Below, in pieces: positions 44,544 to 52,915 of a DNA stretch of 64,000 nt. The notes beneath the pieces were generated by a model. The model did no database searches. It saw only the letters and a program-made list of their open reading frames with translations, and was not told where the DNA came from. The stretch spans positions 2,446 to 66,445 of the forward strand of contig PFCD01000016.1 in assembly GCA_002778455.1 (NCBI GenBank), given 5' to 3'. Made by a program: the position numbers and the translations under genes. Numbering within the stretch: the first letter of the stretch is position 1; every line of letters starts with the position of its first letter. The DNA is from Candidatus Micrarchaeota archaeon CG10_big_fil_rev_8_21_14_0_10_45_29 (GTDB taxonomy: Archaea > Micrarchaeota > Micrarchaeia > Anstonellales > Anstonellaceae).

Positions 44544-45704
44544 ATGAATTCATTGGCATCCGCAGCAGCAGCCGGCTTTGCGCCAAGGCTTATCGAGGGA
44601 ATTTACTCAAGGCTTACTTTCCGCCCCCTTGTTTACGGATATGCAAATGCTCGAGTGCACGGCATGTTTGCAAATTTTATCCCTGCAAAAAAAATAGATG
44701 AAATGATTTCCTGCCGCACCGTGCAATCGCTTGCAGAAGTGCTTGAGAGAACGGCTTATAAGCAGGATTTGATAGACCTCTCGCTGCGCTTTAAGGGGGA
44801 AGAGCTAATTGAGCTTGCAGTTGGCCAAAACTTTGCAAAATTTGCAAAATCGCTCATAAAGCTCACACCGGAGCGGGATAAGGTTTCAATTAAGGCAATA
44901 CTTTCGCGCTGGGACGCGCACAATATAAAAACAGTAATACTTGCAAGAAAGCAAAAAAAGAATTATTCCCAAATAGCCCCTTATCTGGTGCTTGCAGGAA
45001 GCGTAGGCGAGGAGAAGCTAAAGCAGATGCTCCAGGCACAAAACAGCGAGCAGTTTTACGAGGCTCTTCGCGCAACCGAATTCGGGCGCGGCTTGCTTCG
45101 CATGCCCTCAAGCGCCACAGAGAGTGAGAATTCTGTGAGGCAGATGTTTCTTTCAATAGGAAAAGATTCTGCCGCGCTTGAGCCTATTCTGGCAATACTT
45201 GATGTTTATGCATATACTCTCATGGCAGGAGTTGCAAAGGCTGCAAACGGCGAGGGGCAGGTATCCTCCCTTCTTGCGCGCCAGGCATATGAGAAAAATT
45301 TAAGCACGGTTCTGCGCCTTCTCTGCGCAGGCGCGGATGCGCAAAAATTGCGCCCCCACATAGTAACAGGCGGGCGCCTGAGCGCGCGCCAATGGATTGA
45401 CATTTCCGCATTAAAAGACACTAAAAAAATATTGCAGCGCGTCTCGCGCCACCTTCCTGTGGAGGATGCCATAGCGCATTATGAAAAATCCCAGAAAATA
45501 TCCTCTGTGGAAGTTGCAATCTCTTTGCAGAGTGCAAAGCGCTCTTTGCGCCAATTTCGGCACACTCAAATGTCGCTTGCAACTATAGTTGGCGCGCTTT
45601 TGCTAAAAGAGCAGGAAGTTGCAAACATAAGAAAAATCGCAAGAGGAAAAGCATTAGGGCTTGACGCGGATGAGATAGGGAAAATGATGGTAATGGTGAA
45701 ATGA
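44544..45704 (+). CDS. atpC: A-type ATP synthase subunit C (d)
   Basis: 386-aa helical protein in the canonical position between E and F. Confidence 0.75.
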   Translation: MNSLASAAAAGFAPRLIEGIYSRLTFRPLVYGYANARVHGMFANFIPAKKIDEMISCRTVQSLAEVLERTAYKQDLIDLSLRFKGEELIELAVGQNFAKFAKSLIKLTPERDKVSIKAILSRWDAHNIKTVILARKQKKNYSQIAPYLVLAGSVGEEKLKQMLQAQNSEQFYEALRATEFGRGLLRMPSSATESENSVRQMFLSIGKDSAALEPILAILDVYAYTLMAGVAKAANGEGQVSSLLARQAYEKNLSTVLRLLCAGADAQKLRPHIVTGGRLSARQWIDISALKDTKKILQRVSRHLPVEDAIAHYEKSQKISSVEVAISLQSAKRSLRQFRHTQMSLATIVGALLLKEQEVANIRKIARGKALGLDADEIGKMMVMVK

Positions 45705-45766
45705 TGGCAAAGGGAAGGAAAGCTGGGTTTGGCGGCAAGGGAAAGCCCGCAAAAACGGTGAAATAA
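45704..45766 (+). CDS. possible 20-codon basic micro-ORF bridging atpC and atpF
   Basis: MAKGRKAGFGGKGKPAKTVK. Its ATG overlaps the atpC stop (TGATG) and its TAA overlaps the atpF start (TAATG). Confidence 0.3.
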   Translation: MAKGRKAGFGGKGKPAKTVK

Positions 45767-46098
45767 TGGAAGAGCTTGCGCACATAACAGTGTTGGGAGA
45801 CCAGTCGCTCCTTGGCGGCTTCAAGCTCGCGGGAGTAAAAAGCCTGCACCCTGTAGCGGGGGTGGGGGAGTTTGAAAAATCCCTTATTTCGCTTATGAAT
45901 GATAAAGAGACGGGAATAATAATAGTAAGCGAGCAGCTTCTTGAGCAAGCCGACAGGAGGCTCAAGCAAAGGGTAGAGGCGGCGGCAAAGCCTGTCGTCA
46001 TCGCGGTGCCGGGAAAAGACGGGCCGATGGAAAGAAGCGAATCCCTTGCCAAGCTCATAAAGCGCGCGCTCGGCTTTGACATAATGAAAAAGAAGTAA
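45766..46098 (+). CDS. atpF: A-type ATP synthase subunit F
   Basis: 110 aa. IIIVSEQLLEQ...VVIAVPGKDG is the typical subunit F pattern, in the expected operon position. Confidence 0.8.
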   Translation: MEELAHITVLGDQSLLGGFKLAGVKSLHPVAGVGEFEKSLISLMNDKETGIIIVSEQLLEQADRRLKQRVEAAAKPVVIAVPGKDGPMERSESLAKLIKRALGFDIMKKK

Positions 46099-46117
46099 TT
46101 TTTTAGAGGTGTGATAA

Positions 46118-47863
46118 ATGGGAAAGCTAACCAAAATTTCAGGTCCGGTCGTTGAGGCAGAAGGGATGTCCGGCGCTTCAATGTATGATGTAGTAAAAGT
46201 GGGCGAGAGCCGTTTGCGCGGTGAGATTATCCGCCTTATAGGCGATGTTGCCACCATTCAGGTATATGAGGACACCTCCGGGCTTATGCCTGGGGAGAAT
46301 GTGGAATCAACAGGCGAAGCCCTTTCAGTGGAATTGGGCCCCGGGCTTTTGCGCAGCATTTATGACGGAATACAGCGCCCGCTTGAGGGAATTGCCGCGG
46401 CTGCAAAAAGCCCGTTTATTACGCGAGGAATAAACGTGCCTGCAATAGACAAGCAGAAAAAATGGGATTTTTCCCCAAAATTAAATGCAGGCGCCAATGT
46501 GAAAAAAGGAGACATACTCGGAACCGTGCAGGAAACAGAATTAATCGAGCACAGAATTCTCTCGCCTGTCTCCGGTACTATTCTCTCAATTAAAAAAGGC
46601 AAATACACTGTAGAGGAAGATATTGCAACAATAGACACAGGGGCAAAAAAGCAGGCAGTGCAGATGATGGTGCGCCATAATGTAAGAAAGCCGCGTCCAT
46701 CAGCCGAAAAGCTTGACCCCGCAATCCCGCTTATCACAGGCCAGCGTGTGGTAGACACATTTTTCCCAATCGCAAAGGGGGGCACATGCGCAATTCCAGG
46801 CCCATTCGGCGCCGGAAAAACCGTCGCCCAGCACCAGTTTGCAAAATGGTCTGACACTCAAATAGTGGTATACATAGGATGCGGAGAGCGAGGGAATGAG
46901 ATGACTGATGTGCTAACAGAATTTCCCCACCTAATAGACCCAAAAACAGGAAAGCCTCTTATGGAGCGCACCGTGCTAATAGCCAACACCTCAAATATGC
47001 CTGTCGCGGCGCGTGAGGCATCAATTTACACAGGAATCACAATCGCAGAATATTACCGGGACATGGGGTATGATGTGTCCCTTATGGCAGACTCAACTTC
47101 AAGATGGGCAGAGGCAATGCGTGAAATCGGCGGGCGCCTTGAGGAAATGCCTGGTGAGGAAGGATATCCCGCATATTTGGCGCGCCGTTTGGCGGAATTT
47201 TATGAGCGCGCAGGAAGAGTGCGCTGCCTTGGAAGCGAGGAGAGATACGGCTCTGTAACAGTAATAGGCGCAGTCTCGCCGCCAGGCGGTGACATCAACG
47301 AGCCTGTATCGCAAAACACATTGCGGGTAACAAAGGTTTTTCTTGCATTAGAAGCCTCGCTGGCGCAAAGGCGGCACTTTCCCGCATTTCACTGGCTAAG
47401 CTCATACTCGCTCTATGATGATATGCTTGGCAAATGGTTTACACAAAACATCTCCTCCGACTGGGTTTCTTTGCGAGTAGAAGCAATGGCTCTTTTGCAA
47501 AAGGAAGCAGAATTGCAAGAAGTCGTGCAACTTGTGGGGCCTGACGCGCTTCCAGAATCCGAGCAGGTAATACTTGCGGTAACAAAAATGTTAAGGGAGG
47601 ACTTTTTGCAGCAAAACGCATTTTCCGAAGTTGACACGTTCTCTTCTTTGAAAAAGCAATATTATATGTTAAGAAACATTTTGCATTTTCACAAGCGCGC
47701 AATAGCCGCAGTAGAGCTTGGTGTGCAGCTAAAGGCAATAATCGCAATGCCTGTAAAAGAGAAAATAGCAAGAATGCGCGAAATTGAGGAAAAAGACCTC
47801 TCAAAGCTTGAAGCTCTCTACTCGCAGATAGATTCAGAATTTGACGCGCTTGATAAAAAGTAG
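46118..47863 (+). CDS. atpA: A-type ATP synthase catalytic subunit A
   Basis: Walker [10 protein letters not shown], and the GERGNEM and [10 protein letters not shown] motifs. The uninterrupted length of 581 aa argues against an intein. Confidence 0.95.
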   Translation: MGKLTKISGPVVEAEGMSGASMYDVVKVGESRLRGEIIRLIGDVATIQVYEDTSGLMPGENVESTGEALSVELGPGLLRSIYDGIQRPLEGIAAAAKSPFITRGINVPAIDKQKKWDFSPKLNAGANVKKGDILGTVQETELIEHRILSPVSGTILSIKKGKYTVEEDIATIDTGAKKQAVQMMVRHNVRKPRPSAEKLDPAIPLITGQRVVDTFFPIAKGGTCAIPGPFGAGKTVAQHQFAKWSDTQIVVYIGCGERGNEMTDVLTEFPHLIDPKTGKPLMERTVLIANTSNMPVAAREASIYTGITIAEYYRDMGYDVSLMADSTSRWAEAMREIGGRLEEMPGEEGYPAYLARRLAEFYERAGRVRCLGSEERYGSVTVIGAVSPPGGDINEPVSQNTLRVTKVFLALEASLAQRRHFPAFHWLSSYSLYDDMLGKWFTQNISSDWVSLRVEAMALLQKEAELQEVVQLVGPDALPESEQVILAVTKMLREDFLQQNAFSEVDTFSSLKKQYYMLRNILHFHKRAIAAVELGVQLKAIIAMPVKEKIARMREIEEKDLSKLEALYSQIDSEFDALDKK

Positions 47864-47872
47864 GTGGTTTTT

Positions 47873-49357
47873 ATGAAAGAATACAAAACAATTTCAAAAG
47901 TCGCGGGCCCGCTGGTATTTGTCTCCGACGTGAAAAATGTAGCGTATAACGAGCTTGTGCAAATCTCCCTCTCAAACGGGGAGAGGCGCATGGGGCAGGT
48001 GCTCGAATCCTCAAAAGGGCTGGCAGTGGTGCAAATTTTCGGCCCAACCGCAGGCATCAATGTTCTTGACACAAGCGTAAAATTCTTAGGGGAGACGATG
48101 AAGCTTGGCGTCAGCACCGAGATGCTTGGGCGAGTGTTTGATGGCATGGGGCGCCCGCGTGACAAGGGCCCGAAAATAAACGCAGAGAAAAGAATAGACA
48201 TCAACGGAGAGCCGCTAAACCCTTACTCGCGAGATTTTCCAAAGGACTTTATTCAGACAGGCATCTCAACAATAGACGCCCTCAACACATTAATTCGCGG
48301 GCAAAAGCTTCCAATTTTCTCAGGCTCCGGACTGCCGCACAATGCAATGGCAGTGCAAATCGCAAGGCAGGCAAAAACCGTCTCAAAAGAGAAAGAGCAG
48401 TTCGCAGTGGTGTTTGCCGCAGTCGGAATAACTCACGAGGAATCCTCATTCTTTATACGCGACTTTAAAAAAACCGGAGCGCTTGAGAGGGCGGTGCTTT
48501 TTCTTAATTTGGCGGACGACCCCTCTGTTGAGAGAATTATCACCCCCCGGCTTGCGCTCACAACAGCAGAATATCTTGCATATGAGAAAGACATGCACGT
48601 GCTTGTCATCATAACAGACATGACAAACTATTGCGAGGCATTGCGTGAAATCGCGGCAGCGCGCGAAGAAGTGCCGGGAAGGCGAGGCTATCCCGGCTAT
48701 ATGTATACAGACCTTTCCACCATATATGAGCGCGCGGGAAGGGTAAAGGGAAAAAAAGGCACAGTCACCCAGCTCTCAATTCTCACTTTGCCCGGAGATG
48801 ACATAACACACCCAATTCCTGACCTGACAGGCTATATTACAGAAGGGCAAATTGTAATGGGAAGGGATGTGCACAGAAAAGGAATTTACCCGCCAGTGGA
48901 TGTGCTGCCCTGCCTCTCACGCCTTATGCAATCAAACATCGGCGAGGGAAAAACACGGGAGGACCACAAAGGAGTAGCAGACCAGCTCTATGCCTCATAC
49001 GCGACAGGGCGCGACTTGCGCTCCCTCTCCGCGGTGGTAGGAGCCGAAGCCCTCTCTTCCACAGACAGAAAATACCTTGAGTTTGCGGATGCGTTTGAAA
49101 ACAAATTTATCCGCCAGGGGCACCATGAGGACCGCTCAATTGTGCAAAGCCTTGATTTGGGCTGGCAGCTTCTTGCAAGCTTGCCTGAATCAGAGCTTAC
49201 GCGTGTAAAGAAGGCGCACATAGAAAAATTCGGGCGCAAATATATAGACGAGGCAAAAAAAGCGGAAAATGCTAAAAAAGAAGGAGAGTCCGCCTTAGCT
49301 GCGCCTGAGGAGAAAAAGGAAGAGGATGCAGGCAACTACGAGGAACCAAAAGAGTAA
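47873..49357 (+). CDS. atpB: A-type ATP synthase subunit B with acidic C-terminal tail
   Basis: [14 protein letters not shown] start, [10 protein letters not shown], and [13 protein letters not shown]. The tail is [36 protein letters not shown] prefer the ATG at 47873 after TAGGTGG to the GTG at 47864. Confidence 0.93.
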   Translation: MKEYKTISKVAGPLVFVSDVKNVAYNELVQISLSNGERRMGQVLESSKGLAVVQIFGPTAGINVLDTSVKFLGETMKLGVSTEMLGRVFDGMGRPRDKGPKINAEKRIDINGEPLNPYSRDFPKDFIQTGISTIDALNTLIRGQKLPIFSGSGLPHNAMAVQIARQAKTVSKEKEQFAVVFAAVGITHEESSFFIRDFKKTGALERAVLFLNLADDPSVERIITPRLALTTAEYLAYEKDMHVLVIITDMTNYCEALREIAAAREEVPGRRGYPGYMYTDLSTIYERAGRVKGKKGTVTQLSILTLPGDDITHPIPDLTGYITEGQIVMGRDVHRKGIYPPVDVLPCLSRLMQSNIGEGKTREDHKGVADQLYASYATGRDLRSLSAVVGAEALSSTDRKYLEFADAFENKFIRQGHHEDRSIVQSLDLGWQLLASLPESELTRVKKAHIEKFGRKYIDEAKKAENAKKEGESALAAPEEKKEEDAGNYEEPKE

Positions 49358-49381
49358 TTGTAATTTTGCGAGGAATAGGAT

Positions 49382-50116
49382 ATGGCAGAAAACCCAAGCC
49401 CAACCCGGATGGAACTCATACGCACGCGAAGCCGCATAAAGCTTGCCAAAAAAGGGCACAAGCTCCTAAAGCAAAAACGGGATGTGCTTATAATGGAGTT
49501 TTTCAAAATTCTCTCCAAGGCAAAAGATTTGCGCACAGAATTAAACACGCACATGGCAAAAGCATACAAATCCATAGCAATCGCGCAAGCATATCACGGC
49601 GCGGCTGAAGTTGAGAACATTTCCATGTCTGTCACAAATGCTCCCGATGTTGCAATAGAGGTAAAAAACGTCATGGGCCTGAAAATTTCCAAAATAGAAG
49701 TTGAGGAAGTAAAGCCCAAGCAGCTTACAAAAAGGGGCTACTCAATAGTCGGCTCATCCGCAAAAATAGATGAGGCATGCGAGGATTTCACAAGCGCCCT
49801 CTCCCTTGTTATAAAACTGGCTGAAACAGAGAACGCAATACGCAAGCTTATTCGCGAAATAGAGAAAACAAAGAGGAGGGTAAATGCGCTTGAATTTGTT
49901 GTATTGCCTCGAATGGGCGCCCAATCAAAGCTTATTCAATTCAGGCTTGAGGAGATGGAGCGCGACTCATTTGTAATGCTAAAGACAATAAAAAGAAAGC
50001 TTGCAAAAAATACAGAAATTAAAAAAACACAGGCAAACGGCTACGGAAGGAAAAACGGAAACGGAAGAAACGGCAACAACAAAAACGGCAACATTGAAAG
50101 CAGGGTAGCGGCTTGA
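49382..50116 (+). CDS. atpD: A-type ATP synthase subunit D with Asn/Gly/Arg-rich tail
   Basis: PTRMELIRTRSRIKLAKKGHKLLKQKRDVL is the canonical subunit D N-terminus. The tail is NGYGRKNGNGRNGNNKNGNIESRVAA. Confidence 0.88.
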   Translation: MAENPSPTRMELIRTRSRIKLAKKGHKLLKQKRDVLIMEFFKILSKAKDLRTELNTHMAKAYKSIAIAQAYHGAAEVENISMSVTNAPDVAIEVKNVMGLKISKIEVEEVKPKQLTKRGYSIVGSSAKIDEACEDFTSALSLVIKLAETENAIRKLIREIEKTKRRVNALEFVVLPRMGAQSKLIQFRLEEMERDSFVMLKTIKRKLAKNTEIKKTQANGYGRKNGNGRNGNNKNGNIESRVAA

Positions 50117-50218
50117 GCCGCCGAAAATGCGCAAAAATTGCAAACAAGCTAGTTGCTTGAGGCATCCGCAAAATGCGCAAATCTTACTCTTTTTAAACAG
50201 TAGCTGTGTTTTTCTCCC

Positions 50219-52906
50219 ATGCATTCGGAGAGATGGTATAACAAGCCCCCAGCGCAGGTTTTCAGCGAAATCGGCTCAACTCCAAAAGGGCTCTCAATAA
50301 AAGAGGCGGCGCACCGCCTAAAAAAATTCGGATATAACGAATTTGAGGAAAAAGAGCACGACTCCCTCCCAAAGGTATTTGCAAGCCAGTTCAAATCAAC
50401 GATAATTCTCATACTTTTGGCCGCAGCAGCAATTTCTTTTTTGCTTGATGATGTGCTGGAGGCGCAAATAATCCTTCTCATACTTCTCATAAACGCAGCA
50501 ATAGGCACATACCATGAATACAACGCGCAAAATGCGCTCAAAGCCCTCAAAAAACTGCAAACAAATTATGTGAACGCGATAAGGGAGGGAAGGGAAATGA
50601 TTATCCCTGCGCGCGAGGCGGTGCCAGGAGACATAATAATATTGCGCGCGGGCGACAAAGTGCCCGCGGACGGCAGAATAATAGAGTGCGCGTCTTTGAT
50701 GGCAAACGAATCCACTCTTACCGGGGAGTCGCGCACAATAAGCAAGCAAACCGAAAAGTTAAGCGGAAAAAAGCCTTTGGCAGAGCGCATCAACATGGCA
50801 TTCTCCGGCACCTTCATCTCATCAGGAAGAGGGCTTTTGCTTGTAACAGAGACAAACGGCAACACCCAGATAGGAGCGATTTACAAGGGGGTAAGCGGGG
50901 AGAAAGAGCTCTTTCCTTTGCAAATAAAAATAAACAAATTCTCATCAAATTTGGGCAAAGCCGCAATAGTGGCAATAACTCTTTTCCTCCTCTTTTTCAC
51001 ATTTGTGCTGGGGCCCGACTTTGGGTACGGCTTTCACATGGTGCTTGAACTCTCCCTTGCCCAAGCCGTCTCCTTTATTCCCGAAGGGCTTCCCATAGTA
51101 ATCACCATAGCTTTGGCGCTTGGAGTATCCCAGATGGCAAAAAAGAACGCCATCACGCGAAAATTGCAGGCAATAGAGACAATAGGCGGGGTTGACGTGC
51201 TGTGTGTTGACAAGACGGGCACCCTTACAATAAACAAAATGTCAGTGTCGGAATTAGTCCTCTCAAACAGGCATTATTGCGCCTCCGGCTCACCCTACTT
51301 AAAATGCAACGGCAAAAAAATGCATGCGTTAGACGAGAAAGGGCTTCTTCCACTGCTTGAGGCGGGGATTTTATGCAACGATTCCTCATACGATTCCTCC
51401 TCAAAAAAGAGAATAGGCGAGCCGATTGAAATCGCCCTTGTCGACTACGCAAGGCATTTCTCGCTTGACAAAACAAAATACTCCTCCGCCCACCCCCGCG
51501 CGGGAGAAATTCAATTTGAACCAAAAAACAAATACATGGTAACCGCAAACAAATTCGGCAAAAAATTCTCGTTTCACGCAAAAGGCGCACCCGAAGCCAT
51601 TCTCAACTTCTGCACCCATACCCTTGAAAACAACAAAAGGCGCAAAATGCGCGCATCAGACCGAATGAAAATAAAAAAATTCACAACAAACATGGCAAGG
51701 CGGGGCCTGCGCGTGCTTGCATTCGCGCAAAAGGCAGATGAGAAAAAAGTGGCGCGCCTCACCTCCGGCTACACATTTTTAGGGCTGGTGGGCTTTGAGG
51801 ATCCCATACGCCCGGACGTAAAAGCCACAATACAGAAGGCAAATGATGCGGGGGTAAAAGTGATAATGATAACAGGGGACCACCGCCTCACCGCAGCAAG
51901 CATAGCAAAGCAGGCGGGAATACTTACAACCGGAAAAGAAGGGGTGCTTGAGGGCTCGCAAATAGAGAAAATGAGCTCGGCTCAGCTGAGAAAAATAATC
52001 GGGGATGTGAGCGTGTTTGCGCGCGTAACAGGGGAGCATAAGGCAAAAATAGTAAATGCGCTCAAAGCGCGCGGGCATATTGTGGCGATGACAGGGGACG
52101 GAGTAAATGACGCCATCGCCCTAAAAGACGCGCATGTGGGAATTTCCTTAGGCTCTGCCACAGATGTTGCAAAAGAGGCATCCGACGTCGTGCTCTCGGA
52201 CGATCATGTTGCAAGCATAGTGGACGCAATAGAGGAGGGGCGCCGCTCCTCAATAAACATAAGAAAGGTTGTAAAATACCTTTTTGCAACAAATTTAACC
52301 GAAATACTGTTTCTTGTCGCAATAATACTCTCCCCCCTGTGGGCAGGCAGCATGCTTCCCCTCGCCCTTCTTCCAATTCACATAATATACGTGAATTTGG
52401 TAACAGACGGATTTTTGGACGTCTCGCTTGCCACAGAGCCGAGGGAAAAAGGGCTTATGAAGCAAAAGCCAAAAGCATTCTCACAGTCGCTCTTCTCCCA
52501 TGATGTTCACCGCTTTATCGCAATTTCCTCGGCAATAATGGCTGTGGGAATGTTTGCCGCCTACATATATTACATGAAAGTGGACATTCCGCTTTTGCAA
52601 AAGCAGACCGTATTTTTCACCCTTCTTGCATTTTTCCAGATATGGAGCGCGCAAAACGCCCGCTCGCTTGAGAAAAGCGTTTTTGAGCTTGGGATATTTT
52701 CAAACAAATATTTGGCAGGCGCCACAATCCTCTCAATCTTATTGCAGCTATTTGCAATATACAGCCCGATTGCAAACGACTTTCTCAAAACCCACCCAAT
52801 TTCCCTCTTTGACTGGGCAATAATTCTGGGGGTTTCCGCGCCCATATTCATAATATTTGAGCTTCTAAAAGCATTGCAGCGCCGCGGGCACGCGGTGCTC
52901 TCATAA
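50219..52906 (+). CDS. P-type cation-transporting ATPase (type II, Ca2+/cation pump-like)
   Basis: LTGES actuator motif, phosphorylation site CVDKTGTLT, MITGDH, TGDGVNDAIALKDA, and 10-TM-type topology. Confidence 0.9.
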   Translation: MHSERWYNKPPAQVFSEIGSTPKGLSIKEAAHRLKKFGYNEFEEKEHDSLPKVFASQFKSTIILILLAAAAISFLLDDVLEAQIILLILLINAAIGTYHEYNAQNALKALKKLQTNYVNAIREGREMIIPAREAVPGDIIILRAGDKVPADGRIIECASLMANESTLTGESRTISKQTEKLSGKKPLAERINMAFSGTFISSGRGLLLVTETNGNTQIGAIYKGVSGEKELFPLQIKINKFSSNLGKAAIVAITLFLLFFTFVLGPDFGYGFHMVLELSLAQAVSFIPEGLPIVITIALALGVSQMAKKNAITRKLQAIETIGGVDVLCVDKTGTLTINKMSVSELVLSNRHYCASGSPYLKCNGKKMHALDEKGLLPLLEAGILCNDSSYDSSSKKRIGEPIEIALVDYARHFSLDKTKYSSAHPRAGEIQFEPKNKYMVTANKFGKKFSFHAKGAPEAILNFCTHTLENNKRRKMRASDRMKIKKFTTNMARRGLRVLAFAQKADEKKVARLTSGYTFLGLVGFEDPIRPDVKATIQKANDAGVKVIMITGDHRLTAASIAKQAGILTTGKEGVLEGSQIEKMSSAQLRKIIGDVSVFARVTGEHKAKIVNALKARGHIVAMTGDGVNDAIALKDAHVGISLGSATDVAKEASDVVLSDDHVASIVDAIEEGRRSSINIRKVVKYLFATNLTEILFLVAIILSPLWAGSMLPLALLPIHIIYVNLVTDGFLDVSLATEPREKGLMKQKPKAFSQSLFSHDVHRFIAISSAIMAVGMFAAYIYYMKVDIPLLQKQTVFFTLLAFFQIWSAQNARSLEKSVFELGIFSNKYLAGATILSILLQLFAIYSPIANDFLKTHPISLFDWAIILGVSAPIFIIFELLKALQRRGHAVLS

Positions 52907-52915
52907 GGTGCAAAG

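Noticed and set aside
45583-46257. 224-aa and 175-aa minus-strand ORFs spanning atpC, atpF and atpA
   Set aside because: They cross three well-supported plus-strand genes of a canonical operon and have no motifs and odd composition.
46118-47863. Checked atpA, and also lig, rad50 and the P-type ATPase, for inteins
   Set aside because: The atpA length (581 aa) and contiguous P-loop region are normal. I saw no intein splice motifs or homing-endonuclease blocks. The extra ligase segment lacks intein boundary residues.
50127-50181. Direct repeat AAAATGCGCAAA (50127 and 50170) upstream of the P-type ATPase gene
   Set aside because: There are only two short copies in an A-rich spacer. It could be a regulator site, but the evidence is too thin to call.
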